Source of the DNA: an uncultured virus (IMG/VR IMGVR_UViG_3300025129_000011) | Taxonomy: Duplodnaviria; Heunggongvirae; Uroviricota; Caudoviricetes | Length of the DNA stretch: 64,000 nucleotides | Strand: one strand, 5' to 3' | Virus record (IMG/VR): IMGVR_UViG_3300025129_000011 | Shown: positions 11,601 through 20,809 of the stretch, piece by piece | Position numbering within the stretch: the stretch's first letter is position 1 | How the letters are laid out: every line of letters starts with the position of its first letter | The notes under the pieces: generated by a model | The model's input: only the letters and a program-made list of their open reading frames with translations | Databases searched by the model: none | What the model was told of the DNA's origin: nothing | Program-made: the position numbers and the translations under genes

Positions 11601-13192
11601 CCCGTAATATCAGTGTCAGGGAAAACATCATGCGTAATCTCAATATTAGGATATAGAGCAGCAAAATCCAGTTTTGCGACGTCTTCAGCATATCCAACCT
11701 CTAGTAATCTAGATAATCCACCAGTAAATGTTTTTCTAGGTTTTAAATCAGGGATAGCCAATCTATTTTCATAAGACCATGCTAACATAATCAATTTCCA
11801 AATACCAGCTGTTCCCATTGTTGTTGAACGCATATAAGATGTAGGAATAATTTTAGATAATAAGAATGAAGCTTGATTATAAACACCATCCACTTGTTCA
11901 GTTTCCCAAAGGTCATCAAGTAAGTATTGTCTAACTATATCAGAACCCTTAGCCTCCTTATAACCTTCTTTTAATGGGTTTTCTTCATTTATCTTATAAT
12001 AAGTGCCATCAGTATTATTATAGGCGTATACGCTATCCTTATCGTTCCAAGTTTCATATATTTTATTACCTTCAACATAAACTCGATTCTCTTTATTTAA
12101 ACCTGAAAATTTGGTAATATATTTTAACCCCGCTTTTTTAATATTCGAGTTGATTGCTTTTGCTCTACGAACTGCATGATAAACATCAACAATATTATAA
12201 CCCCACATTGTGGTTTGTTTATAATATTCACGCTCACCACCTAATTTAAGTGATTTATCAACCCTTCTAATTTTACTATTACCATGTCTATCTAAAGTCT
12301 TAGCGATTAATTCAATATCTAACCCTAAAATATCACATCTAGTAAAAATAAAATGCCAGTCAAAGTTTTCTGAGTTATAACCAGCTATAACATCAGGTTT
12401 TAGTGTATTAATTACATCAAAAAATTTAAGAATTGAATAAGCTTCATAATCCCTTAATTCTTGTTTGGTACCTTCTTGTGGAACTTCTATAATTTCTTCG
12501 TAACCTCTATTATCTCTAATACCAACTTGAAATATTTTATCATCCTTATACCTAATAGGTTCATTGGTACTATCAAATTCATATAATTTGGTTAAATCTT
12601 CACCAGTACCCATCCTCTCTTTAATATCTTCAATATCTTCCTGAGATAATAATCGACCTTTTGGGTTTAATCCTGTTGTTTCTAAGTCAAATTGAAGTCT
12701 ATGGACATCGTTATAATCATCCATCCCTTTAAACAATCGTCTACCAGTGGCAATTAAATATTGTTCAACTGGGTTTATTGTTATAAAATAACTTTTGTGT
12801 GAATCACCATAAACATCAATACCACCATCTTTAAAAAAATTTAATAATTTTGTATAAGGGCCTTTAACTTTGGCAATGTATTTAAAACCATTCTTCATTC
12901 GCCTAGCTTCTTCTTGGTCAGGCATGGAAGTTTTTAGTTTTTTAATAGAAACACCATATTTTTTTGCAGAGGCGGCAATTAAATTTCTTTTACCACCAAA
13001 CATTATTTTAGTAACTTCCTCTTTAAACCATAAAAATGAAATTAATGAGTCTTTTGATATAAATTTACCTCTTTCAGGGTCATTAATTATCAATGAAACA
13101 TCTGGGCTACCATATGGAATTTCTACACCTACAATATATTTCTTTTGGTTTCTACCCTCTAAGAACCTAGCAATAATTTCTTCGTCAACCAT
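8648..13192 (-). CDS. polB: Family B DNA polymerase with an intein
   Basis: ExoI FDLETTG, ExoII GYNSENFD, motif A DFAALYP, motif B KILGNSFFG, motif C GD|TDG split by an intein. Confidence 0.95.
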   Translation of the reverse strand: MVDEEIIARFLEGRNQKKYIVGVEIPYGSPDVSLIINDPERGKFISKDSLISFLWFKEEVTKIMFGGKRNLIAASAKKYGVSIKKLKTSMPDQEEARRMKNGFKYIAKVKGPYTKLLNFFKDGGIDVYGDSHKSYFITINPVEQYLIATGRRLFKGMDDYNDVHRLQFDLETTGLNPKGRLLSQEDIEDIKERMGTGEDLTKLYEFDSTNEPIRYKDDKIFQVGIRDNRGYEEIIEVPQEGTKQELRDYEAYSILKFFDVINTLKPDVIAGYNSENFDWHFIFTRCDILGLDIELIAKTLDRHGNSKIRRVDKSLKLGGEREYYKQTTMWGYNIVDVYHAVRRAKAINSNIKKAGLKYITKFSGLNKENRVYVEGNKIYETWNDKDSVYAYNNTDGTYYKINEENPLKEGYKEAKGSDIVRQYLLDDLWETEQVDGVYNQASFLLSKIIPTSYMRSTTMGTAGIWKLIMLAWSYENRLAIPDLKPRKTFTGGLSRLLEVGYAEDVAKLDFAALYPNIEITHDVFPDTDITGVMKGMLIYIASTRDKFKNLMNHHKGELSKLKDFKKANGDKLPKEDFELLESQIEKESSLASMYDKKQLPIKILGNSFFGSLGAPNIFNWGDINCAEETTCRGRQYLRLMVKFFMDYDFRPLVGDSVTFNTPIYIKWKDNGAIDILPICDLYNPNSNSIDEEEIRDYETKPYEVLTVNGWKEINYVYKHETQKQIHRVSTKDRLVCVTEDHSLFQNGIQVKPSSLKRGDLIDVHQLPQHNTDTFPETRTDFYWLLGYFLGDGSAIYGSRKQYYKSRKTGETHINKGVRGEWKISSNNLENLEKLKSIIEENWAFWDVKPRIKDHRKSSGVYNLVVYKTDFSQRFCEDFYTSYREKKVPTFVLNTTLENKKAFMDGVCASDGYGNDMETVSDIGMKSQVAMSGIGYLLNCLGVQYKLKLRKDKENFISFKLRNSNRNNSEFTDKTIMQANEVWKNEEILNRDKENYVYDISTEDGTFIGGIGGVNLKNTDGFNFAIPKDVSKHTYIPKGTHRFTEKDKGKILVGLDAVVAKFNELFMIGRMGLDIDDICSSTINFSRKNYANFIGGKTKLVGNTIKSSKMPGYIEDFLDEGIKYLLNGDGESFIDLYNRTVDDIYNFRIPLVKIASKANVKDSISSYMTDMKTTTIAGNLKAKKAHMELLIANNIKANLGDTVYYVNTGTVKSHGDVKVVTNKETGERTINLQCKLIPTEQIENNPNLTTDEYNVPKYLDAFNKRIHPLLVCFKPEIREGILMDMVKNKKTKEMELTERKVFTKKECELHSGTAFKDGDQNTLAELMEMEDKEIQFWIRVNKIPNNLEELNMDWKQIQEDYHERERIRRIEGIKFEKSKTREIIKRLEYDEIQKMKKTTKLPKALENLAEFTVHDDENGKPNIYVKSKEWEIDLCCVTDILKYEPWAAQRQKFYQTLTLRKEKTFEFWLTHLWIEARKEGDDKKALKIKKELDLAGVELVLEDYKVALETEKEVN
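10142..11227 (-). mobile_element. PolB cis intein (362 aa) with LAGLIDADG endonuclease
   Basis: VGD/SVTFNTP..VTEDHSL..LLGYFLGDG..FMDGVCASDG..VYDIST..NLKN/TDG. Confidence 0.92.
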
Positions 13193-13365
13193 TTTTGTCT
13201 ATAACTTTGTGCAATAAAACACAATTTTTAGCCAAAAAACAAGTTTTTTTTAAAGATTTTTATCATAATTTGTTACTTACCAGGTTTTTACGATATTCAT
13301 TTGTATGATAAAAGTTTTAAAATGTAATACAAAAATATTCACGAATTTATGGAGATTTAAGAAGT

Positions 13366-13728
13366 TTAATTCTCAAGGATGTGAATATATAATTTATCTC
13401 TAATTGGGACTATTAGAGTACCAGAGCCATCTCTAAATACTATTTTAAATTCGCCAATATAAGTACCAGCTTGTTTAGTTTCTTTTTCTGTAAAGTAGTA
13501 TGCAAGGTAATATTCTTCACCTACACAGTCACTTGAGGATTCTTTTAGTAAGCATAAAGCGTCTTTACCACCAATTCTTTTAACCCCAGTATTTGTATCT
13601 GTCATACAAAATGTTATATCAGAATTTTGTATCATATCATGGAATCTACTATAATCGTTTCGTCCATCGTTAATTAATTCCAATTTTAAAATCGGTAATG
13701 TTGCTTTTTTATTTATGTAAAAATCCAT
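13366..13728 (-). CDS. BppU-like Ig-fold small virion protein
   Basis: FYINKKATLP.L..T..AGTYIGEFKIVF..G.LIVP pattern; TATTTATA upstream on the minus strand. Confidence 0.5.
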   Translation of the reverse strand: MDFYINKKATLPILKLELINDGRNDYSRFHDMIQNSDITFCMTDTNTGVKRIGGKDALCLLKESSSDCVGEEYYLAYYFTEKETKQAGTYIGEFKIVFRDGSGTLIVPIRDKLYIHILEN

Positions 13729-13753
13729 TTGTTCTTTTATTATAAATATATTG

Positions 13754-14008
13754 TTATGTATTTAAAGATTGAATTAATACAATTGCTTGGTCAATTGTTT
13801 GGAAACTCCTATTTGGAACCAATACATGTTTATCAAATATGATGATAGGGATTACAGGTTCACCAACGAAATCAAATAATTTAATGACATGTTCTCTATT
13901 GGAATCATCATCAATATTTATATTGGTGAACTCAAGGTTTAATTTGCTTAACTTTTCTTGTAAATCCTTACAATAAGGGCAATTATTACTTGTATATACT
14001 TTTATCAT
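13754..14008 (-). CDS. Glutaredoxin/NrdH-like redoxin
   Basis: IKVYTSNNCPYC active site; 84 aa. Confidence 0.88.
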   Translation of the reverse strand: MIKVYTSNNCPYCKDLQEKLSKLNLEFTNINIDDDSNREHVIKLFDFVGEPVIPIIIFDKHVLVPNRSFQTIDQAIVLIQSLNT

Positions 14009-16914
14009 AACTCTAATCCGTTTTCTTCTAAATCATTTAATAATCTGGATAATCTATCACTAGTTTTATCACCTCTATTTAATATTTTATCAATATTTTT
14101 TTGTTTATTCATCACAGAATACCACATCACAAAAGATACTGTACCTCTAAATAATTGGTAATAAACTGAAACGTTATTTTTCTGCCCGATTCTGTAACAA
14201 TTATGAACATTATAATTACCAACTACAAATGAGTGGTCATCTTCTACTGATAAATCATAAACCCTTTCCTCACCTCTTTTAGGTTTTGAAATTTTAATTG
14301 ATTTAATCGGGTAAGTAATATAATCACCTACTTGATTAATTCTTTTATTTTCAACTCTATTTAATGAATACTCAATTGAGTAATTATTAACATTTTTATT
14401 AGATAAAGTAACACTCCTACCTAAATTAGCGTTATATCTAACCAATTGTGATATTAATTTTAAAGAAGCGGTAGTAGCTTGTTGAGTATTTTTACGTTGG
14501 TAACCATCACCATGATAATACCCATCTAATAAATGTTTTAATTGTTCATTATTTAAATAATCAACCCAATATGGTAATTGTTTAGAATATACATTTTCAC
14601 CGAACCACATTTTAAATAAATTTGCCATTTCACTAGAATGTATGGTACAAGTTTTTGTATTATTTTTATCAACATAAGATGAATGTTTATCAATTTTAAA
14701 ACCCCTTTTTATTATATCAATAATATATTCTGAAGCGTCATACATTTTAGGGTTAGTTATTTTTTGACATACATTAATTGTATCTGATTTATTATCAGAA
14801 ATACTACACCAACCATCAGCAATGTAAAACCCAAAAGCGTATAATAATTCATTAGTTAATAAAACACTTTTAGGTAAAGTAACTAACCTACCATTGGTTT
14901 GTAAAAGATTGTGATTATTTTTAAAGTACTTACTTTTAAAACTTGGTATTTTTAATTCTTCTAATCTACTTATTGGTTGATGTTCACTTCTAATCGTTAA
15001 AAAATGATTCAAAATATTTAAATCTTTTGCTTCAATCCAAATAAAATCATCTAATATTTTATCATATACATATAATTTATGGTCATGTGTAACTGATAAA
15101 CTGTTATTATATCCAAAAGCATTTATATCATATCTTAATTTTTTACGTTCTAATTTAGAAGTTTTATCAATTACATTTTTAAATTTACCTTTATGTGTAT
15201 AAACTTTATCACCAATTTCAATTTCTTGAATCATTTTATAACCATCGTCAGTCATAACCCATTGGTCACCAAATATACATCTATCTTCCGCTTGTTCATT
15301 ATCCCCTGGCACCCAACTGAATGAATTAAAGATAACCACAGTACCTTCAGTTAACGTAATACCAACACCCGCAGAAGCTATATTTCCAATAAATACCTTA
15401 CATTTCTTATTGGTTTGGAATTTATCCACTGATTTTTGTTTTTCAGTTGAATTCATTCTACCATTATGTATAACGCATTGATTTCCGAAATGTTCAGCTA
15501 ATTCTTCCAATTCATCAGTAAAAGTAGTAAAAATAACGATTTTTTGACCTTGTTCTATGGCATCTTCAGCTAATTCGATTGTTTTTGGTATCACTTCCAT
15601 AGCAATAAACTTTCTTAAAAGACCTAATTCAACCAAATCTTTATTTAAACTAACTCGCTTACCTTCAGCCGCCTTTTTCTCTAAATATTCTTCCCAAAGG
15701 TTTTCATATTCAGCCCAACCACGTTTTGACATATCATGATACATTGTGGTAATGGTTTTATCTGGCATATCCAAAACATCAGTTTTTAATCTTCTTAAAA
15801 GGTTGTTTTTAGTTCTAATTCCTAATTCATCTAAATTAGAAGCACCATCAGTTATCCAAATCTGTCTTTTAACTCCGTTTATTACTTTATAAAATCTTTT
15901 AGCATCACAATATCTTTGAGCAAAGAACTTCCAATTATCAGCCAATGGTGATTTAACCAATTTTAATAAATTGAAGAAATCCATAGGTCTATTAGCAATT
16001 GGTGTACCTGTTAATAACCACACTTTACCGATTTGACCTTTAGAAACAATATCATTGATTAATTTGGTTCTTTGAGCTTTGGGGTTTTTAACCTTATGAG
16101 CTTCATCTAAAATCATCAAATCATAATCTTCATCAATTATATTGGTGTAACAAGGGTCACCTTCTTTTTTAGGTTTACCTATACTGTGAAAGTTTTTAAG
16201 TATTTCATAATTTATAATGGTAAACCTACCAACGTGAGACCACTTACTACCATTAATAATCGTAGCTTTTTGTTTAAAACTTTCTATTTCTCGTTGCCAA
16301 GTAATTTTCATACTCACTGGACAAATTATTAAAACTTTTTTAATATCCATTTCTAATGCAGCGATAATTGATTGATAAGTTTTTCCTAGGCCCATCGAAT
16401 CAGCTAAGATTGCACCATCTCTACACGCTAAGAACTCAATACCACTTTTTTGATGCTCATATGGGTGACGGCCATCAGTGTCTAATTCTTCATATTTACC
16501 CCAATCAATTTCAATTTCACATTCAGTAAAATATGGGTCATCCAAAACCATTGTTTTTGGTAACCAATACATTTTGGATTGTTTTTGTTTTTGTGTTAGC
16601 TTACCATAAACGTGATATGTCTTTTCTTGGTCAGCCAACATTGCTTGAATTAGCATACGCTCAGGTACAAAAGATAAACTGTATTTATCTTTTAATGATT
16701 CACCTAGAAATGGGTTAATCCTAATCACACGATTTAGGACTTGTGGTTCCACATCATGAAATTTATTTATATATTCAACTTGACCTTCAGTTAAAGTTAT
16801 TTTATCATTTTTTCTTAACTTACTTTGCAAGTCTTTTAAGTATGGGTTAATCCCTGTATATGTTTGTAATAAGGTTACTGCACCTCTACTCTTTATGTCT
16901 TCTAAATTTATCAA
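14005..16914 (-). CDS. SNF2/HARP-like helicase with an intein
   Basis: ADSMGLGKT, DEAH, LTGTP, GVGITL; motif VI QAEDR|CYRIGQ interrupted. Confidence 0.93.
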   Translation of the reverse strand: MINLEDIKSRGAVTLLQTYTGINPYLKDLQSKLRKNDKITLTEGQVEYINKFHDVEPQVLNRVIRINPFLGESLKDKYSLSFVPERMLIQAMLADQEKTYHVYGKLTQKQKQSKMYWLPKTMVLDDPYFTECEIEIDWGKYEELDTDGRHPYEHQKSGIEFLACRDGAILADSMGLGKTYQSIIAALEMDIKKVLIICPVSMKITWQREIESFKQKATIINGSKWSHVGRFTIINYEILKNFHSIGKPKKEGDPCYTNIIDEDYDLMILDEAHKVKNPKAQRTKLINDIVSKGQIGKVWLLTGTPIANRPMDFFNLLKLVKSPLADNWKFFAQRYCDAKRFYKVINGVKRQIWITDGASNLDELGIRTKNNLLRRLKTDVLDMPDKTITTMYHDMSKRGWAEYENLWEEYLEKKAAEGKRVSLNKDLVELGLLRKFIAMEVIPKTIELAEDAIEQGQKIVIFTTFTDELEELAEHFGNQCVIHNGRMNSTEKQKSVDKFQTNKKCKVFIGNIASAGVGITLTEGTVVIFNSFSWVPGDNEQAEDRCIFGDQWVMTDDGYKMIQEIEIGDKVYTHKGKFKNVIDKTSKLERKKLRYDINAFGYNNSLSVTHDHKLYVYDKILDDFIWIEAKDLNILNHFLTIRSEHQPISRLEELKIPSFKSKYFKNNHNLLQTNGRLVTLPKSVLLTNELLYAFGFYIADGWCSISDNKSDTINVCQKITNPKMYDASEYIIDIIKRGFKIDKHSSYVDKNNTKTCTIHSSEMANLFKMWFGENVYSKQLPYWVDYLNNEQLKHLLDGYYHGDGYQRKNTQQATTASLKLISQLVRYNANLGRSVTLSNKNVNNYSIEYSLNRVENKRINQVGDYITYPIKSIKISKPKRGEERVYDLSVEDDHSFVVGNYNVHNCYRIGQKNNVSVYYQLFRGTVSFVMWYSVMNKQKNIDKILNRGDKTSDRLSRLLNDLEENGLEL
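14200..15279 (-). mobile_element. SNF2 cis intein (360 aa) with LAGLIDADG endonuclease
   Basis: EDR/CIFGDQ..VTHDHKL..FGFYIADG..LLDGYYHGDG..VYDLSV..VHN/CYR. Confidence 0.93.
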
Positions 16915-17031
16915 ATTAATTATTTTTATAACAATATATTATATTGTTAATATACTAAATTTTAATGAAAAAGTAAATAGTTGGGACTATTTATATAATA
17001 TGAAATATTTATCAATATATGATTAAGAGTT

Positions 17032-17079
17032 ATGGGTGCAAATAGAAATAAAATACCAATTAAAAGAATCAACAAATAA
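17032..17079 (+). pseudogene. Orphaned original 5' end of the downstream neck gene (MGANRNKIPIKRINK*)
   Basis: Shares the 24-nt repeat taccaattaaaagaatcaacaaat (17054-17077) with 17868-17891; TATTTATA at 16988. Confidence 0.7.
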
Positions 17080-17086
17080 GTTTTAT

Positions 17087-17300
17087 AAAACGGAGCGTAA
17101 AACCCATTCATCGCTTTAGCGTGAATGGGATGTAAGCAACAAAAAGATTTGACTTTTAAAAATAAAGTTGTATATTTTTATTAACTCTGGTTTTGGGATG
17201 CAATCGGAGTATAAACAAAAACAAGTGGAGGTGTTGACGTTGGTCGAGTCTATGAAACTTGAAGCCCAACCCATCGGCTCGCCGTGGGTGGGTAGTTCAC
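17087..17300 (+). mobile_element. Non-autonomous IS200/IS605-family mini-element, copy 1 (214 bp)
   Basis: Follows TTTAT; left hairpin cccattca..tgaatggg; TnpB-like C-terminal tail KQKQVEVLTLVESMKLEAQPI; right end gaagccc..gggtagttcac. Confidence 0.8.
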
Positions 17301-17877
17301 TGAAAAACTTAAAAGTAGGAAAAAAGAAATTGGTTATAATATATCAGTTGGTGGTCGAAATGGAGTAACTCTTAACAGAAAACATTCTAAAGAAACAATA
17401 AAGAAAATGAGTGAAACTAGAAAGGGGATTACATTTTCTAAGGAAACTTTAAAAAAAATGAGTGAAGCTAAAAAAGGTAAAAAACACTCTAAGGAAACTA
17501 GAGAAAAGATGAGTAGACTTAAAAAAGATAAAAAAGGTAAAAAACACTCTAAGGAAACTAGAGAAAAGATGAGTAGTCTTAGAAAAGGTAAAAAACATTC
17601 TAAGGAAACTTTAAAAAAAATGAGTGAAGTTAAAAAGGGTGATAATAACCATTTTTTTGGTTTATCTCACACAATGAAAATTAGAAATATCATTTCCAAA
17701 AAAAACTCTAAAAAAGTATTTGAATTTAAAGATGGTGATAAAATTAATGAATGGGATAGTTTAAGTAAATGTGCTTTAGATAATAATATTAATATTGGTT
17801 ACTTATCAAAATGTATAACTAATAATAAAAAATGTAAAAAAAGATATTTTAAATATGAAAAAGTTGGTACCAATTAA
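17301..17877 (+). pseudogene. GIY-YIG endonuclease remnant lacking its N-terminus; NUMOD3 repeats and a NUMOD1-like tail remain (ORF 17407-17877)
   Basis: Upstream in-frame EKLKS..IGYNISVGG is the end of a GIY-YIG domain; KGKKHSKET.EKMS repeats. Confidence 0.75.
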
Positions 17878-18367
17878 AAGAATCAACAAATTTTTTTCTA
17901 AAAGAGATTTTGATTTGGAAATTTCTTTAGGTCGTGAAGCGATAGAAGGTGATGGAAATTTTACTGTAATTTTATATAGAGTTGATAGGAAAACAACCCA
18001 GGTTGATGATTTATATGGTGAAGCAAGTGCTAGTGAAATCAATTTTCTACCTCCCGTTGAGATTTATATAGTTCCGATTATAGATAAAGCTGAAAATAAA
18101 ACATATAATCCAGATTCCATGCGTTATCTTGAAGATGGTAATTTAACTTTCATTGTTTATGTACAACATTTAAACGAATTGGCTGTTGATATAACTGTTG
18201 GTGATTATATAGCGTATCCAATTGATGAATCGGACGTTGTTTATTTTAATGTGACTAATGCTGGTGAAAAGAATTACGACAACGCTCACACAATAATGGG
18301 TTATAAAGGTGCTTATAGAATTATCAATTGTACTTTTGCCAATGAAGATGAATTCAAAGGAATATAA
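17855..18367 (+). CDS. Neck/head-closure protein (gp14-like)
   Basis: VILYRVD..DDLYGEA..F..P.EI; GDYI; position in the head-tail module. Confidence 0.6.
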   Translation: MKKLVPIKRINKFFSKRDFDLEISLGREAIEGDGNFTVILYRVDRKTTQVDDLYGEASASEINFLPPVEIYIVPIIDKAENKTYNPDSMRYLEDGNLTFIVYVQHLNELAVDITVGDYIAYPIDESDVVYFNVTNAGEKNYDNAHTIMGYKGAYRIINCTFANEDEFKGI

Positions 18368-18379
18368 AAAAAATAAATT

Positions 18380-19123
18380 ATGCCACTACCAAAAGGGTTT
18401 ATTAAAAAAGTAAATTTTATACATCAAAATGTCGGACCTGAAAAAAGACAAGACTACCTTGATGATATAGATTATAAAGGTACGTACCTGCCAAAGGGTG
18501 TGAGCTATGAAGATATCGATAAAACATTCATCGATTTTATTGATAAAGAATTATCCCTAGAAATTGATGGTGAATTAGTGCCAGTAAGATTCTTAACCAT
18601 TCAAAGGTTTGCTGAATTCTCTAAAACATGGTCATTTTCAGATAAATTTAAAAACTTAAAAATGCCCTTCATTACCGTAGTTAGACAACCTGATATTCAG
18701 GTAGGTACTAACCAAGCGGGTATATGGAATATTCCAGGCCAACAAGTCTATACATACATGAAAGTACCTACTTTTATTGATGGTAGAAAGGGTATGGACA
18801 CATATAAAATTCCTCAACCAACTTCGGTTGATATTACTTATGATGTTAGATTTTTCTGTAATAGAATGAAAGATTTGAATAAATTACACACAATTGTTCA
18901 AACAACCTTTAACTCTAGACAGTTTTATATTAATGTAAATGCACACCCAATGCCAATTCATTTAGAGAAAATTGGTGATGAGAGTCAAAAAGATGATTTC
19001 GACAAAAGAAGATTCTATGTTCAACATTTTGAAATGAAAGTATTGGGATATATTTTAGATGAAGAAGATTTCGAACATATCCCAACTATTAACAGGGGTA
19101 ATATTCGATTTACGGAAGAATAA
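18380..19123 (+). CDS. Tail completion/terminator protein (gp15-like), copy 1
   Basis: MPFITVVR, PQPTSVDITYDVRFF; lies upstream of the sheath gene. Confidence 0.55.
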   Translation: MPLPKGFIKKVNFIHQNVGPEKRQDYLDDIDYKGTYLPKGVSYEDIDKTFIDFIDKELSLEIDGELVPVRFLTIQRFAEFSKTWSFSDKFKNLKMPFITVVRQPDIQVGTNQAGIWNIPGQQVYTYMKVPTFIDGRKGMDTYKIPQPTSVDITYDVRFFCNRMKDLNKLHTIVQTTFNSRQFYINVNAHPMPIHLEKIGDESQKDDFDKRRFYVQHFEMKVLGYILDEEDFEHIPTINRGNIRFTEE

Positions 19124-19147
19124 AGTGAAGCATTTATATTTATTAGT

Positions 19148-20179
19148 ATGCCACAAGGATATAAAAAAAATATAAAATTTATAAATCAAAATATCGGACC
19201 TGAAAAAAGGCAAGATTATCTTGATAATATAGATTATAAAGGAAGTTATTTACCTAAAAGTATCTATTACGAAGATATCGACCAAACATTTATTAATTTT
19301 GTTGATAAAATTTTAGAAATAGAAATTAATGGGGTAAAGGTCCCTGTTTATTTTTTAACCATCCAAAGATGGGCTGAATTCTATAAAACTTGGGATACAG
19401 CTGATAAATTCAAAAATATTAAAATTCCCTTCATTACTATAGTTAGACAACCTGATATTCAAGTTGGAACAAATCAAAATGGATTATGGAATATTCCAGG
19501 CCATAAACTATACACTTATATGAAAGTACCTACCTATATAGGTGGTAGAAAAGGTGCTGATATGTATAAAATCCCTCAACCAACTTCAGTTGATATAACT
19601 TATGAAGTTAGGTTTTTCTGTAATAGGATGAGAGATTTAAATATGTTTAATAGAAAAACTCAATTTACTTTTCAATCAAGACAATACTACATCAACGTAA
19701 GTGGTCATCCAATGCCAATACATTTAGAGAATATTGGTGATGAAAGTCAGGTTACTGATTTTGATAGACGTAGATTTTATGTTCAAAATTTTGAAATGAA
19801 AGTATTGGGTTATATTTTAGATGAAAATGATTATGAATTTGTACCAACTATCAATAGAATGATAGTGTTTACAGAATTATACGATAAAAAACTTAAACCT
19901 AAAGTAGTTATTAGGTCATTTAAAGATATTGATGAGATAATTTTAAACGTTGTTATTAAAGCGGACCATTATACTGAAGAATTTATAATAGTACCAGAAT
20001 ATGATGCTGAAATAAGGTCAATAACATACGTAACAAACGTTACAAATGTCAATATAGCCATCAATGGAGTTCAACAAACACTTCCATTTAATATTTTAGC
20101 AAACCAAGAAATAACTTTAACTGTTGATAGAGATGTAACTAAAGAAGCTAGATTTGAAATTAAAGGATTAGTTAAATAA
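19148..20179 (+). CDS. Tail completion/terminator protein, copy 2, with ~100-aa C-terminal extension
   Basis: Collinear paralog of 18380-19123 (GPEKRQDYLD.IDYKG..KVLGYILDE). Confidence 0.55.
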   Translation: MPQGYKKNIKFINQNIGPEKRQDYLDNIDYKGSYLPKSIYYEDIDQTFINFVDKILEIEINGVKVPVYFLTIQRWAEFYKTWDTADKFKNIKIPFITIVRQPDIQVGTNQNGLWNIPGHKLYTYMKVPTYIGGRKGADMYKIPQPTSVDITYEVRFFCNRMRDLNMFNRKTQFTFQSRQYYINVSGHPMPIHLENIGDESQVTDFDRRRFYVQNFEMKVLGYILDENDYEFVPTINRMIVFTELYDKKLKPKVVIRSFKDIDEIILNVVIKADHYTEEFIIVPEYDAEIRSITYVTNVTNVNIAINGVQQTLPFNILANQEITLTVDRDVTKEARFEIKGLVK

Positions 20180-20468
20180 TGAGTAATATTAATAGAACAT
20201 ATGTATTTGAAACCGTATTAATTAGCGGTGGGACTAGTGGAACTACTCTTGAGTTCTTCACTGGTGCAACCTTTGATACAGGTACAGGTCATTTAGTGCT
20301 GATACAACAGTGATAGCCGCTGCGGTTTGGGATAAATTAACTGCTGACCATCAAACTGCCGATACATTCGGTAAAATGTTATATGATATATTGGTTGCTA
20401 CTGGACAGATTCAACATACAGGGAATGTCAATACTGAATTACTTAAAAATAAGCCAAATAATCCGTAA
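20179..20468 (+). pseudogene. Fused fragments of structural gene(s); deletion scar
   Basis: 44-aa 5' fragment (20179-20313) and a start-less 3' fragment in another frame (20295-20468, IAAAVWD..DH..DTFGKML). Confidence 0.55.
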
Positions 20469-20508
20469 TTTAATTTTACGAATTTTTTTCCATATTTATA
20501 TATAGAGG

Positions 20509-20658
20509 TTATTCACCATATAAGTCTGCTTGTTTTTTACAAGCATCCTTGATTAACTTCTCAACAAACCCAAACATTTTAAGACCATTGTCTTGACAAT
20601 AATCTTTTAAAATTTTATGTGTTGTTGGTGTGATTTTCAAGTTTTTACTCCTTTTCAT
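20509..20658 (-). CDS. Small ribbon-helix-helix-like DNA-binding protein
   Basis: MKRSKNLKITPTTHKILKDYC..GLKMFGFVEKLI; TATTTATA just upstream supports the ATG at 20658. Confidence 0.55.
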   Translation of the reverse strand: MKRSKNLKITPTTHKILKDYCQDNGLKMFGFVEKLIKDACKKQADLYGE

Positions 20659-20809
20659 AGGGTTTTTATTATAAATATAGAGGAAGTATGATAAAACTAA
20701 GACAAAAATCATACTAATTATTATATATGTAATATATAATAAAACCTTTTGATAAAAATTTATATATTTATTTAAAAATAAGAATTACAAACTTTAAAAT
20801 ATTAATTAC

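Noticed and set aside
17168..17368. 66-aa ORF as a real gene
   Set aside because: It is the tnpB tail remnant reading through the IS right end
17400..17640. CRISPR-like repeats
   Set aside because: They are coding NUMOD3 repeats without unique spacers; no cas genes in the window
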